A DNA stretch of 64,000 bases from Octopus sinensis (GCF_006345805.1 NC_043013.1:15066001-15130000), one strand, 5' to 3'; counted from the stretch's first letter, positions 27,091 to 41,799 are shown. Numbers and translations are program-made. The notes: generated by a model not told the origin, from the letters alone.

Positions 27091-28050
27091 GTGACATAGA
27101 AGGCAGCTGGGAATTCCTGCAAGACAGCTTGTTGAGTGCCACAGACCAAATCTGTGGCGGGTGCAAAGTCCCTTCCAGACCTAAGGTAACATGGTGGTGG
27201 AACAATACTGTAGACAGAGCCATTAGAGCAAAGAAACAGGCCTGGAAGAGTGGGGGTAGCAGAGGACTGTACCAGATAGCCAAAAGGGAAGCTAGGAGAC
27301 AGGTATATATAACCAAGGGAGTAGCAAAAAAGTAGTTTGCCAATGTTCGGTGACATGAGGACGAAAGAACTGAAGTATTTCAGATTGCAAGACAGTGTGT
27401 GAGAGAAAACCGTGATGTCATAGGAGAGAAATGTGTCTGCATGGATGATGGTGCCCTTGTGTTTAATGATTCTGCAAAAAAAGAGGCTTGGAGATGCCAT
27501 TATGAAAGATTGCTGAATGTGGAGAATGAATGGGAGGAGGAGAGTCTGCCAAAGGTTGACCCAATTGAGGGACCAGCTACCCGAATTTACAGTACCCTGG
27601 TAGATAAAGCAATTAAGGATATGAATACAGGGAAAGCACCTGGCCCATCAGGAATCACTGCAGAGATGCTTAAAATATCGGGTGGTGTGGGTTATAGTCT
27701 TGCCACCTGCATCATAAATCAGGTAGTTCATGAAGGAGTTATAGCCAATGACATAGTCAACTGCTACAAAGGTAAAGGTGATGCTTTAGATAGAAATAAC
27801 TACAGGGGCATCAAATTGTTGGATCAGGTGATCAAAGTTACAGAGAGGGTCATAGCCCAACTAATTAGGGAGAAAGTTAGCCTAGATGAGATGTAGTTAG
27901 ATTTTGTGCCAGGCAGAAGCACCACTGATGCTATATTTCTAGTAAGGTAACTACAGGAGAAATATCTAGCCAAAGATAAACCTCTGTACATGGCTTTTGT
28001 TGACTTGGAGAAAGTCTTTGACAGGGTCCCCCATTCCCTTAACTGGGAGT
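27090..28050 (+). mobile_element. RTE-clade LINE, N-terminal part of the reverse transcriptase, pseudogenised
   Basis: KAPGPSGITAEMLK, YKGKGDALDRNNYRGIKLL, FVPGRSTTDAIF, MAFVDLEKVFDRVP, with in-frame stops. Confidence 0.9.
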
Positions 28051-30076
28051 CAATGCCAGATCTGCCTGAGTGCCTCCTGTGTCAGTAGCACATAAAAAGC
28101 ACCATCCAAGTGTGGCTGATGCCAGTGCCCCCTGCTTGGCTCCCATGCCAGTGGCATGTAAAAAGCACTATCTGAACGTGACTGATGCCAGTGCCCCCTG
28201 ACAGGCTCCTGTATCAGTGGCACATAAAAATCACCGACAACACTCTCGGAGTGGTTGTCATTAGGAAGAGCATCTAGCTGTAGAAAAATTGCCAGATCAG
28301 ATTAGAGCCTGGTACAGCCGCTGGCTCTCCAGACCTCAGTCAAACCGTCCAACCCATGTCAGTATGGAAAACGGATGTTAAACGATGATGATGATGATAA
28401 TGTCTATGACCACCCCCAAACACACACACAGGACTAGCATCTGTAGTTTCTGTCTACCAAATTCAATTTGCAACTCATTCACCAACCCAAAGTTATGCCA
28501 GAAGAAAGACACCATAGAGGCCATAGAGTAGAATCAAACTCAAACCCTCAAAACAGATTTCTAAACTAAACAGCCCTGCTTGCTTTTTTTCTGCATTTTC
28601 AAGAAATAAACCCATAAAATTTTCTATATTTAATAATGAGAATTTTTTACCAATACTTCACAGCTCTTATCATAACACATGGAAAAGATTTCAGTGTTTG
28701 TTACTGTTTGTAACACTAGGTCAACCCTGATCAAAAAGACCCATGTTTAAAGATGTCCAAAATATGATCAAGCTCTCTTCAGTGAATCCAAGACTATATT
28801 TTCTAAGTGAATGTAACAGTTTTTGTGTGTTTCTTAAATGGCTTATAAACACCTTCCATGCTGCAATTGTTTATATTTTCTAATACTCCCTTTTATTTTT
28901 CAGACATGATTTGAAGGAGAGTTGGATGTTATTTCTAGCTGATTGAGGGACTATGTATGTAGAAACTCCCTCTTAGCTCAAATTTTAGTACTGTCTCAAT
29001 AATTCAAAAAATTATCAGAGATTTGGGGCATGCATTTACATCATTTTGTTAACAGCCTTTGTGATAGTGTAGTAATTACAACCAGAAATTAAAACTGGGT
29101 CACTGACTTAGATCAAAGATTACTTACATTTTACTCTACAATGCTTGCAACAGGCATACATATTCATAAAATAAAACATTATTTTTTCAGACAGGGACAG
29201 TAACAGGGGGTGGGGGAGGAACAAAGAACTGAAATAGGACTTCACTATCTCACTGTTTATTCAAATTTATATGAATTGTGCATGTGTGCAAGTGTGTGTT
29301 ACTGTTTGGATAATTTTCAACAAGTTAGGAACTCAGTTTGAAGAAATGTTAAAAGTAGTCTATACAGTGTTCAAGTTACAAAAATAGCTACTTCAACTTT
29401 GTTAGAAAGACTATTCGGACAACAGTGAAATGAAATATTCAGAAATGCCTTTACGTAGATAAATACATTCTATCCCAGAGGAAATTCTATCATCACCAGG
29501 ATAACCACTAAACATACTCTTGATTTTTATTATCATACCAACAGTCACTCAAGGTTGTGCATACATAGTTACATACATATATCTGTATATTGATGTATGT
29601 GTGTTCACATTTCACTTTCACTAGATTCATATTACAAATACTCTTTTATTCATACATCAAACAACCCAAGCAGTTTAATCTGACTTTCTGAACACTTGAG
29701 TTATCACCCCCATATATCTTTCAAATTATAAGATATCCTTTTTTTACCATGCTTTTTCATACATTATTGTTAGCCATTTTAGTTCTGAACCTGATGAATG
29801 TTGGTGCAGCAATAACAATTGCACTTATGCTAGATACAATTAACATGCATTTACAAGAAACTTAATGTAGCTATTTCTGTATCCTAATTGTGGTATAAAG
29901 ACCACTAAATTGGTAGGTTTCTGCAGGCTTGTTTGTGCCTTAGGGGAGTGTTCTGTACACTAAATACAAATACAGTAGCATCACATGTATGCAATACAGT
30001 AAGTTGAAAAACTTCAATGAAATTGTATTATCCAAGCAATTAGTTGGTAAAAATTCCCTCTAGGAGTGCTTAAAAT

Positions 30077-30790
30077 TTGAAAGCAAGAATCAAGGCAGAT
30101 TCAAATTGTATAGGTCTTTACCTCAATGAGTCCAAGACTGAATATGTAAACAAGTGCCTGTCCAACACTGATTTCATCATCCATACTCTCAACAACACGC
30201 TCTTAAATATGGTTTCTGATTACAAATATCTTGGGTCATACATATCATCATCTGAAAAAGATTTTCTAACTAGAAAGGGTATGGCCTGGTCAGCCTGTAA
30301 TGATATGCGTAAGATCTGGTCATCAAATCTAAGTAGAGATTTCAAACTTAAAATCTTCAAAGCCACAGTCGAACCAATTCTACTATATGGTTCAAAAACC
30401 TGGACGTTATTAAAGAAGCTTGAGAGGCGGTTGGATGGAACTTACACCCACCTCCATATGAGAGCTCAAAATCTCACGTGGAAGTGTCATCCAACCAAAG
30501 TACAAATATATGGGAAATTACTACCTGTATCATCTCTTGTGAAAGGTAGAAGAATCCAGTTTGCTGGACATTGTTGTAGAGCTGAAAACGAGGTAATTTC
30601 TACTCTTCTCCTCTGGAAGCCATCTGCTTGCAATACCAGAGGGCGCACACTCTCCTACCCTGATGTAATCTCCAGGGCTACAGGCATCCAGCAATAGGAC
30701 CTCATTAATGCTATTGATGGACCATGAAGTCTGGTGTAACATAGTAAATTCCATTGTCTCGACCACGGTCAAACAATGATTGATGATGAC
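30077..30790 (+). mobile_element. RTE-X-like LINE 3' end with (GAT)n tail, copy 1
   Basis: IGLYLNESKTEY, DYKYLGSYI, ATVEPILLYGSKTW, QFAGHC; near-identical to 59203-59878. Confidence 0.85.
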
Positions 30791-31398
30791 TTCTCTGTAG
30801 TAATTTGACTAAGTCATATTGTTGACATTAGCAATCAGTGTCACTACATGCATACATGGTGGACTCTTTTGATGAATGAGGGTTCAGCAAGACACAGCAC
30901 CAGTGTTCTTAGTGGTGTTAGCACTGCATGATGATTATTATTACAATGGGCATGGCTTGTGCAGCCTCAGTCCCACTTTCTCATCCTTCAAATTTGTATA
31001 TTTGGCTGGTGGAACAAGTGCCACGAGCTCAGGAGTCATCAGGATGCAGGATTTGTACAGAGTTACTTTCTCTTTAGATGAGTAATTAAAAAGCTGAAGG
31101 GCTTCATCAAGCCTGGGTCTGTTGGAATGTCTCAGAGTGACCTTCTTCCAGAGGCAATACTATGACATGTTAATTAACCCATAGCTGGTACCCTTACAGG
31201 TGCTACTACGCAGGGTCAGAGATGACCTGGAAACAATAGTAGCTAAGTAGTGTTCCATACTCCTCAAAACTTGGAACCCCTAAACCAGGGCCTCACTACC
31301 AGATGCAGTTTAAAGTCATACTTTGATCACTCTTAGTTTTCCCAAGAATATGTTTGTTGAAGAGATTTAATAACACCAAAACATGACAGTTGGATTAA

Positions 31399-31620
31399 CC
31401 CTTTCGTTACCGTATTTATTTTGAGATGTTCTGTGTTTCTTTTAATTAATTTTAAATATAACAAAAAATTTAGTAAAATATCTTAGTTATCATTAAGCTA
31501 GTGTTAGGAACATAAATTGTGACTAAGGTTTGGTGGAAGATTTTAATTCAAAACTTATGAAAACAAGACATTTGTACTACAGAGCCAGAGCTGGTTTCAG
31601 CCAGGTTGGTATTGAAAGGG
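31399..31620. mobile_element. piggyBac-type MITE (222 bp)
   Basis: TTAA|CCCTTTCGTTACC ... GGTATTGAAAGGG|TTAA. Confidence 0.8.
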
Positions 31621-33669
31621 TTAAGCAGTAAAACTACTCTTCTATTGCATATTATGTATATTCCAAAATTTCAATCAAATGGCTCTTACCTGATTGATAT
31701 CCCTTGTATGTTGTTTTTAGATTCTAAACACTCACAGAGGGAGCTTTTGTTTATTAACTGCATAGGTAATTACAGTTATTGAAAATTTTGAAGTCTTTAA
31801 ATTAAATATGAGACCTCCCATATTTAGATAAACGCATACACGTGTATTTTTTATATGTGTGTGCGTGTTTGACAAAATCAATAAGATATTGGATAACCCA
31901 CCAGAGAGAGAGAGAGAGAGAGAGTGACAGAGACAGACAGACAGGCATTCTCCTGTTACCAGTGCTATCAAGAATAATAAAAATACATCATAGAATTTCT
32001 TTTACACTTCAATAGTTTGGCTATATTTAGCTAGTTCTTTGTTTATATTATGTACTTTATTATATCTATTGATTAGCATTATTTGTTAGTCACTGAAGAC
32101 TGTGCCTTTGGATTCATCACTTGTACCATCTTTCTGGTAACAATGCCTGTTAACATGATTTCAGTTGTCTGTTTTATAAATATATCTTCCTCAGATGTCA
32201 GTTATATTTAGCTGGATCTAAGAATTCATCTGTAGAAACAACAACCAACAAACTACAAGCTTAAAGAATGAGGAAGATATTGAAGATTGAAAAGAAAGAA
32301 AAACCAAAACAAAAAACAAAAAGATAGAGAAAGAACCCTACCACCACCACCATCACCACCACATCTGTTTCTCCAACACTACCACCACACATTACACATT
32401 TGGCAAACACAGAATTGTTGATTAAATAACAAAAGCTTTTCTAACAGACATTGTATTTAGGTAGAACCAGCCGATTCTTCATTTCTGCACGTGATTCCAT
32501 ATTTTGTAAACGATTATATTTACAATGCACTTTATTGTTATGAATGAAATGATGAAAATTTATTTCCCCCACACCATATTATCAATGTATAAAACAATGT
32601 AAATATTTTTTTTTGTTTTTTGGTTGGCTGTGTTAAATTACCAAAGTTAGTTTGGGTACATAATTTAATCAGGATTTTATATTTAGCACAAGTAATAGTT
32701 GTGAATTGGAAGAATCAGAAGTGCAAGGAACAAGATAGCATATTGTAGTATTTAGATTGCATCCATTTGCATTCTGAGTTCAAGTCCTGCTGAGGTCAAC
32801 TTTGCCTGACATCCCTCCAGGGTCGATAAAATAAAGTACCAGTTGAGTACTGGACTTGATGTAATCAACTAGCTCACTCACACCAAATTTCAGGCCTCGT
32901 GCCTATAGAAGGAATTATTATTATTATTGTTATTATTATTAAGGTGGCGAGCTGGCAGAACCGTCAGCACGCTGGATGAAATGCTTAGCGGTATTTCACC
33001 TGTTGCTAAGTTCTAAGTTCAAATTCCACCAAGATCTACTTTGCTTTTCATCCTTTGGATTTGATAAATTAAGTACCAATGAAACACTAGGAGGGTGGGG
33101 TTCGATGTAACTGACTAGTATCCTCCCCATAAATTTCAGGCCTTGTGCCTTTAGTAGAAAGGATTATTATTATAATTATTATTATTATTATTGAGTGAGA
33201 GAGCAGTTCATGCCATCAAAGTGACACTGGGGTAAAATATACGAAGCCCAGTATACCCATCATGACTACCCGTCTGATAAGGGTACACCAGGCACATGCA
33301 TCACAACCATATGTGCGCAACATGGTGATCTCATATGAAGATAAACAGCACATGACCTTGCAGGTGGGGCCCAGTTAGAATTTTCTTCAAGTTGAGTAGC
33401 CCATCCCGCTCAAAAGGTCCCTGAATAAGGGTTGTTTAAGGATGTTGAAAGAACCACCCATGTTTCCAGAGGTGAATTATTCAAACCCCTAAGAATCCCT
33501 CTCAACACATGGCTATGATGCTCCCCCACTACTTCTGCTCGTGATCAGAGATGCACATATCGTCAGCCACTAAGGTACATGCTCAACTGGTTAAGGTCAA
33601 ACAACTGACAAGCAAATCTGTGGCATTGAACAGAATATTTGCTGTAGCCCATCTTTTATACCAAGACTA

Positions 33670-33714
<45 letters not shown>

Positions 33715-34739
33715 CTTGCAGGTGCTGGTGCCATGTAAAATGTACTCATACTGGTGTCACATAAAATTCACTCATGTTGGTGCCACATAAAATGTACTTG
33801 TACTGGTACCAAGTAAAAAGCACTTGTGCCAGTAGCACATAAAAAGCATCCAACACACTCTGTAAAGTGGATGACATTAGGAAGGGCGTCCAGCCACAGA
33901 TACCATGCCAAAACAAACAGTTGGATCCTGGCCAGCTCCTATCAAACTGTCCAACCCTTGCCAGCATGGAAAACAGACATTAAACAATGATGATGATGAT
34001 TAGACTGATAGAATTGTGAGAACACCAGAAAACTACTTTGTAGTGTTTTTTCTGCCCCTGCCCTACAAATTTCAGGCCTTATGCCTATAGTGGAAAGGAT
34101 TATTATCATTATTTAGATGGTGAGCTGGCAGAATCATTAACATGCTGAAGAAAATGCTTAGGAGCATTCTGAGTTCAAATCCTGCTGAGGTCATCTTTGC
34201 CTGTCATCCTTCCAGTGTCAATAAAAATAAGTACCACTTGAACACCAGATATGATGCTTCTCCCTGCAAAATTTCAGGCCTTGTTCCTATAGTACAAAGA
34301 GTTATAACTACTACCCTCTGAAACTTCGGCTGCAATTAGTGAATACCTACAGGGGAATTGACAGATATATTTCTCAAGAATATGGCATCTACAAAAAATT
34401 CAAAACCCTAGTCATTGTCAAAGCAATTGCGTTAATACAGAATGATGTAGGATCAGTAGAGCACTGAGCAAAATGTATTGCACCACTTGGTTATATCTCT
34501 TTATATTCTTCACGCAAACCCAACCTGGGTGAACTTGGCCCTTCATTCTTCCGGTGTGGATTTATTAAATGTCAATCAAGTATTGGGGGTTGAAATAATT
34601 GACTCACAACCTGCCAAGGTCAATTTTGCTTTCCATTCCTCTATGAAATGTGTCTCTTGTTTTTTGTATATGGTGACAGTGTTAACATCGTTTTAATGCT
34701 GAAGTGCATCCACTTAGTTCCACACATCTGTATTGTAAC

Positions 34740-36050
34740 GATAAAGCACTCTTATACAATAGTAACCACTCTCCTTCAAGTTCTCTACTAGAGTTGTCTC
34801 ATCCAGATTTCCTGTTTGTTAATATTCTCATGACATTACTAACTTCAGCAAAGGTCAATAAACCATAAACAGTAGTCGGACATTTCACGAAATTCCTGCA
34901 AGACAGCAGAATGCGCTGATTGAAACTGGTTTCAGAGCAAGCTAAATTATTCTCCTCAGCACTCCACAACTGTTGATTGATCTCTAAGCAGTGATGTGCC
35001 ATCTGATGATTTGAATGATACCACAGAATGTTGTTACTGTGTTACAGATATTATGGATGTCATGGTTGTCTGTATGCATCTGAATTTCTTGAGCTTTGGG
35101 AACTCACCATTCATTTTTCAGGGTATAAAGAGTGGATTACGAATCTTTCCAAAGAGCTCACCACTGCTTTTTAGAGAGCATGATGAGGAATTGTCCAGCA
35201 TTACACTGTAATACTATTGAGAAGCCTGCCAACTGTGCTGTAATTCTCACTAAATAAATCTTCATTTTCATTTTGGATCCACTGTTTTCAGCAGCAGCAG
35301 CAGTGGAGGTGCAATGGCCCAGTGGTTAGGGCAGCAGACTCGCAGTCGGAGGATCGCAGTTTCAATTCCCAGACTGGGCGTTGTGTGTGTTTATTGAGCG
35401 AAAACACCTAAAGCTTCATGAGGCTCTGGCAGGGGGTGGTGGTGACCCCTGTTGTACTCCTTCGCTCCAACTTTCTCTCACTCTTTCTTCCTGCTTCTTG
35501 TCCTCGACTTCCTACGCAACCGCTGAGCCTGGATGTGCATTCATCCATCCATCCATCGATGCTCTCGGTGTCGGGGGTTGACCTGCTTTCTCTTCTGCGG
35601 GTCTTACGAATAGCAAAGGACCATGTTTCAGACTTCTCCCATCTTGCGAGCTCTGGGACAAAGACCGTCCACTCAACAGCAACAGCAGCATCATAGAGTA
35701 CCAAACTTTAAAAGGATCATTTGTCATCCATCCCAACTTCTGAGGTGATAAGTACTTCCAAAGCTTTCTATTTGACAGCCAGCAAGTGATAAAACTCTAT
35801 AACTATAATATCCTCAACCTCCCTCCAACAAAGAGACTGCCAAATCGAACAGCACATAGCAATGTCTTCCACTCTAGAAATATATGCGTGACACTTCTTC
35901 CAAGTGATCTTCAACTGGTCTTTGAACTTTCCACCAGCCAAGTGCTTATTGATGTGTAGCTGACTATAAAGTTGTACAAGCACTGGGGCATGGTTATAAA
36001 CAAAGAAAGCTTCACAACTGCTTCCCTTTATCAGATCACTTTCATCCAAG
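34740..36050 (-). mobile_element. Degraded LINE AP-endonuclease region (RTE-like), interrupted by a SINE at 35305-35695
   Basis: HLAGGKFKDQLK resembles the GGDFN motif; EENNLACSETSF...NVMRILT resembles the NNL..CNT.F...QIDYIL segment. Confidence 0.55.
35305..35695 (+). mobile_element. SINE family E, tRNA-like head with (CAG/CAA) tail; second copy 63660-64000
   Basis: TGGCCCAGTGGTTAGG A-box and GGTTTCAATTCC-like B-box; two similar copies. Confidence 0.8.
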
Positions 36051-36671
36051 TTATGTTCTTTTACACTAAGTTCAACTTTGCTTTTTTTTTGTCTCTTTTA
36101 TGAGTCATTAAAAAAAACAAACAAGTACTGAAGTACTGATGCAGGAGATAATATAATTGATTAAAATACTTCAAGGCAGTACCACAACATGACCACAGTC
36201 CAATGACATAAAGAATAAAAGAATATCCTATTTTAATAAACCAGAATTCAGGTTTTAAATTCTATTGCAAACCCTAAAGAGAAAGCTGCTTTTAGCTTCA
36301 CTTCTTTTCTGAAGTAAATTGTTTACAAAACAAGTGTTTCTGACATTCTTCAGAAGTCTGTTTCCTGTTTTGAAAAAAAAAACAAAAGCACCATTGTAAC
36401 TGTTCTCTATTGTTCAGTGGTACTTCACAATGATATAATGTAGAGTGGTTTTTAGATTATGAAGCTACTTCACACCAACCCATACACCTCACTACACACA
36501 CTGCCAGACAATTTTATTAGCAAAACTTCATTCATCTCCACCATATTATAAAATATCAAAGAAGGGATGAGGCACAGTTACTCCTTCTCTGAATTCAAAT
36601 CCAACAAGATCAGTTTTGTTTTTCATCTTTTTGAAATCAGCAAAATAAAGTACCAGTCCAGTATTAAAGTC

Positions 36672-36705
<34 letters not shown>

Positions 36706-38179
36706 CTCTCCTTCTCTGTCTCTCTCTCCCTCCCCCCTCTCTCTCTTATTTTACTTTCTTTCTGTTTCCTTTTCTCACCAGAAGAAATTAGCTATGATCA
36801 GATCTACAGAGGGTTGAGCTCCACCAGGTTTAAAATGCCCAATGCACACCAGCAGTGATACCAACAATACAGGAAGCCTCTATATGAACATTCAAGCTAC
36901 TATGAATAACAGCCAAAATTTCCCACATATCACACATTATCATATTAAATACAGAATGGATACATTAGATCAGAAGTGTGGTATCAAATGTAAGCTCATC
37001 ACCCTCTTGCATGTGGCCTATGACATTTTCTTTTTAAATGTAGGGAAATATTTTTTTTTCTTTTTAAAATGTTATTTATATGACATTAGACAAGATTAAT
37101 ATTAACCTGTTAGTCATCAAATTTATGTTGAAGTACACTGGCTTTATTTCTAACAATTTTGAGAATAATGAAGAATTTATTAAAATAACTTTGATTGTTA
37201 AGCTAGTGTTTGAAATATAAATTGATGTGAACTTTTTAAGGGAAGATTTTGATTTAGATCATTTTAAAACAGAATTTGTATCATAGAACTAAGGTTAGTT
37301 TCAAGCAGGCTGGTATAAAAAGGATTTTTCTAAACCTGAAAGATTGCTTGGAGATGTGTGGCATGTTATATAAATCTGTCAAATTATTGTATCTCTACAG
37401 TATGAAACTATTTGTAACACTTTTATAAATTTGTGTTTATTAAATGATATATATATATATATGTGTGTGTATGTGTGTGTGTGTGTGTGAATGTGGTGCA
37501 ACATATTGCAAGGAAGCTGGCTTGGTTACAACAAACACAGAATCAAAGAAATGCATACCAGCACACAAGACCACCACAAACAGCAAAAGATCCAGGGTGG
37601 TCACCCCCTGATGCTTTTATGAATGTCAGGCCAGTAGCCACTTCTGACATGTCATATATGACACCAGTTATTGCTGAATGCTGGAGACCTTGTAACATCC
37701 CACCAGCACACAACCCCATACCTGAGAGACCTAGTTACACATAATCAATATACATGGCACTAATAGAATGCATTTGATTGCTGACATAGCAGATACTGAA
37801 ATACACATATCGAAAACTGTTGTATTTTTGACAGATAGGAGAGAAAGAACGCATGGTGAATTTGCAATGTACTATCAGTCTGTGAAACACTGATAGTACA
37901 TATTAAGCAAATCAAAATGGTAATATGTACTACATATTGCCTTAAATCATGGGTACTCCTCCAAAGAAAGCCTCAAAATGATGGCAGCAGTATTAAACAA
38001 CCTAGATGACAGCCTTCACACACTTCAAGGAAACTTCAACCTCCCTAATGTTGAGTGACCTGAGAGCTGTCTCCTCTCAGGTATGTCACTGCATGAGCAG
38101 AGGCTGGCAGAATCCCTGTTTGACCTTACAAATATGCTATTTATGGAGCAAATAGTGCTCCACTTAACAAGAGGATAAA

Positions 38180-38770
38180 AATGTTCTGGACTTCAACTTC
38201 ACAAATAATGTGGCACTCATCTATAATGTTAAGGTGACACCAATGATTTTTTTGGACCATATCTTAGCAGAACAAACAATGTATGGGCCGAAGAAAACTG
38301 CAGTCATACAGTTTATAAGAAGCACCTGAATTCTTATAAACCTAATTGGAAGGATATTCAGAAAGAGGTCCTGGAACAAAACTGGTCTGCTTGTCTCTTT
38401 ATGCAGGATATTAACATAAAACTACACCACTTTATGACAATCAGGCAAGACATATGCATTAAGTTTTCTCCAGAGAGAATGTCAAACCAACAGGAAAGTA
38501 TAATTCCCAGAGATAGGAAAACTTTAAGACAATGAACAAAAATCTCTAATTGTCTAAATGGGCCAGTGAAGAATCCTATCTTAAATGAGCACTGCTTGAG
38601 ACTGAAAATGCACTCAAATACTCCCATGAAAAGGAGAGGGCAGAAAAGAAAGCAGAAAAATACCTTCAAAACAAGGGACCAGGAAACTATGCTGGTCCTT
38701 TGGAGAACATTCGTCCTCAACCATCTGGACTACTGCTCTCAACTACTGTCACTTTCAAGTGTCAATTTAA
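38180..38770 (+). mobile_element. Degraded CR1/L2-group LINE, C-terminal part of RT
   Basis: TFKTRDQETMLVLWRTFVLNHLDYCSQL. Confidence 0.6.
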
Positions 38771-39129
38771 TGATGGATGCCTTAAGTTCTGTTATAAAAT
38801 TAATTTAATTATTACATATACAATACACATATAATGTCAAAACACCCTGCAGACAGCGATAGTCAATGGAATAGAAATAAAATTTACAAATCATTCTTTC
38901 AGTGCAACCCAAATGATCCACTGCCTGGTACTAATCTGTGGTTCAGTGGCTGGGGACCCCTAGTGTATATGAATGACATACAAAAGGATTGTTAACAAAT
39001 AGAAATATACTGTTGTATATCTATTTGTGCCTTTATCAAATACAATGATCAAAGACAATCCAAATATGATCATTCCATCTGTTTAGGGGATAAATAGACT
39101 TACATTATCCAATGTATTTTCTACTTTAA

Positions 39130-39360
39130 CCCTTTAGTGTTTAAATTATTCTGTTAAATGTAATACTTCTTTATTCAAATTCATCATCATCAACTTGAAT
39201 TAATCATGCATTATCTTATAGCTTTGAGGTTTCAATAATGTCACTATTTATTTTTAGAGTCTCAATGTAGGGCAGGTGCTTAAAGGCTAGATATCGCCAG
39301 TTTGAATATAAAAAATGTAAAATATTTGAGCCGGATATGGCCGGTTTAAACGCTAAAGGG
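39130..39360. mobile_element. piggyBac-type MITE (231 bp)
   Basis: TTAA|CCCTTTAGTGTTTAAA ... TTTAAACGCTAAAGGG|TTAA. Confidence 0.85.
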
Positions 39361-39782
39361 TTAAGACAAAGGTGGCAGTTATTTGAGGGGAATTTGACTG
39401 CTACTTTTTGGCAGATTGAGCGACCACATAGGGGCTGTTTAATGCCTCTCACATAAGTGTGTATATGTGCACGTGTGAATTAAGACCAAACACCTAAATT
39501 ACAAATACTTATTGTAACAGTAATTATATAATAGCATTTACAAAACTAGCACTTCAGAACGCACATTCATGTAATGTATATAGTGTATATGTGTGTGAGT
39601 GTGAATATTTTTGTATTAAAACAAAAACACAAATATAGGGCATTTATAACACATAAATGTACAACATGTCAATATGTACTGCTGGATATGTGTGACATAG
39701 TTGACAATTCCTGAATGAGGTAGATGTAGTAGGAGTTATTTGTCACCATAATCATCAGCTAATATTATAATCTTTATATGTA

Positions 39783-41041
39783 TCAGGTCATTAAGAAGGA
39801 AATGTCTGATCTTGAACTTACTTTATTTATCTCAACAAAAAGCAATGCAGTTAATCAAGGTATGCACCTAAATTATCAATACAATTTTGCCATTTTATCA
39901 GCAGCTTATCTATACTGGCAGCAAAGAATTCTGGAGAGCAAGAGGTGATGAAATCATGAAAGGCTGATTTTGCATCTTCTTCAGATTTGAAGTTTTTTTC
40001 CTTGTAAAAAAGTTGTCTAATGCCTGGAAAATGTGATAGTCAGTTGGTGCAAAGTCTGGTGAATATGGTGGGTGACAGAGTACTTTCAAGTTCAGTTCCT
40101 GTAAATTTAGCAGCATTCTTTGTGCAACATGTCGTTGAGCACTGTCTTGCAAGAGAATTGGCCTGTTTCTATTGACCAACCTCGGTTGCTTAATTACAAG
40201 TTCACTCATCATTTCATCCATCTGATATAAATGACTTACCAGCATCATGAAGCTGTAGTGGATGACACCAGTGCTGGATCACCAAATAGGCACCATTAGC
40301 TTTTTTTTTGTGAATATTCATTTTTGGATTGTTTTAGCACTTTGTCTCCATTCAACCACCGTGCAGAATGCTTGCTATTGTTGAAAAGAATCCATTTTTC
40401 ATCACACATAACAATACAATGCAAAAAATGGTTTGCTTTTATGTCATGACAGCATAGAACAGCAAGTTTCGAGATAGCGTGTCATCTGATGCTCATTCAG
40501 TTCATGCGGTACCCACTTGTCCAGCTCCTTTACCTTGCCGATTTATTTCAGATGGTCCAATACAGTTGGAATCGAAACAGAAAACTTTGCTGCTAACTCA
40601 TGCGTAGTTTGAGATGTATCAGCTTCCACTACAGTTTCCAGCACATCATTATCCACCTTGGTCTCAGGTCTACCACAGAGCTGATTTTCAAGAGTAAAGT
40701 CACCAGGCTGGAACTTCTCAAACCATTAACGTACAGTGCATTCATTCATCACATCTTCACCAAACACCCTATTGATGTTTTGAGCTGTTTGGGATGCATA
40801 GGTTCCACGAAAGAACTCATATTCATAAACAACATAAATTTTGATCTATCCAAAGGTTCACAAAAACTGATTTACAACAGAAAACTCACAATATAATCAG
40901 ACACCATGAATTGCATTTCGAAAATGATAATGTAACTTTTCAGTGTTGTAAAACAAAGAATTGTCAGGATAAAACATTAGAGTTAAATACTATCAAACCT
41001 GGTGCATAAGAAAATTAGACATTTCATTCTTAGTGACCTGA
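39783..41041 (-). mobile_element. Full-length (1259 bp) inactive mariner transposon
   Basis: Ends including the TA: TATCAGGTCATTAAGAAGGAAATGTCTGAT vs TATCAGGTCACTAAGAATGAAATGTCTAAT (27/30); TA on both flanks. Transposase motifs ILLQDSAQRH and HPPYSPDFAPTDYHIF; start codon lost, frameshifts. Confidence 0.92.
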
Positions 41042-41799
41042 TATATAATATATACATGCACCTAACTCAACTACCACTACATAGGAACATTTCAACACAC
41101 ACATACACACATGTATATAGTCTTCTTCGAGTGTACACAACTTTAAAGTCTTCTAGCATGTTTCCTGCCAACTTGTGTATTAGCTTCAAGAGTGATCAGC
41201 TGAAATAATTGGACACTTGCTTAAAAGGATTTCCTTTATCATCATCATCGTCGTCGTTTAACGTCCGTTTTCCATGCTAGCATGGGTTGGACGGTTCAAT
41301 CGGGGTCTGGGAAGCCATGGAGGCTGATCTGGCAGTGTTTCTACAGCTGGATGCCCTTCCTAATGCCAACCACTCCGTGAGTGTAGTGGATGCTTTTTAC
41401 GTGCCAGTGGAGGCTGGCAATGGCCACGATTGGTTGGTGCTTTTTGCATGCCACCGGCACAGAAGCCAGTCAAGGTGGTGCTGGCATCGACCACGTATAG
41501 ATGGTGCTTTTTATGTGCCACCGGCACAGGTGCCAGGGGAAGCTGATATATACACACGCACACACACATTTGTATGTATGTATGTATGTATGTATGCATG
41601 TATGTATGTATGTATGTATGCATGTATGTATGAGTGTGTGTATATATTGTTTGTGGAAAATGTAAATCCGGAGAAGAAGCACAATCTAAGATGTAGAGCA
41701 GTCTCTGAGTGTGAGTATATATATATATATGTTAAATAAAATGAGACAACAAAGCCAAGGCTGCATGGAATTTTTAGGTCATTCATAAAGAGAAAGTTA

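Noticed and set aside
32100-32230. Candidate extra DENND11 exon after a good minus-strand acceptor (tgtttctacag)
   Set aside because: All three frames hit stops within about 35 nt, and the gene model is complete without it.
35305-35380. tRNA gene
   Set aside because: The A/B boxes continue into a 390-bp repeat with a second copy at 63660; this is a SINE head, and I see no complete cloverleaf.
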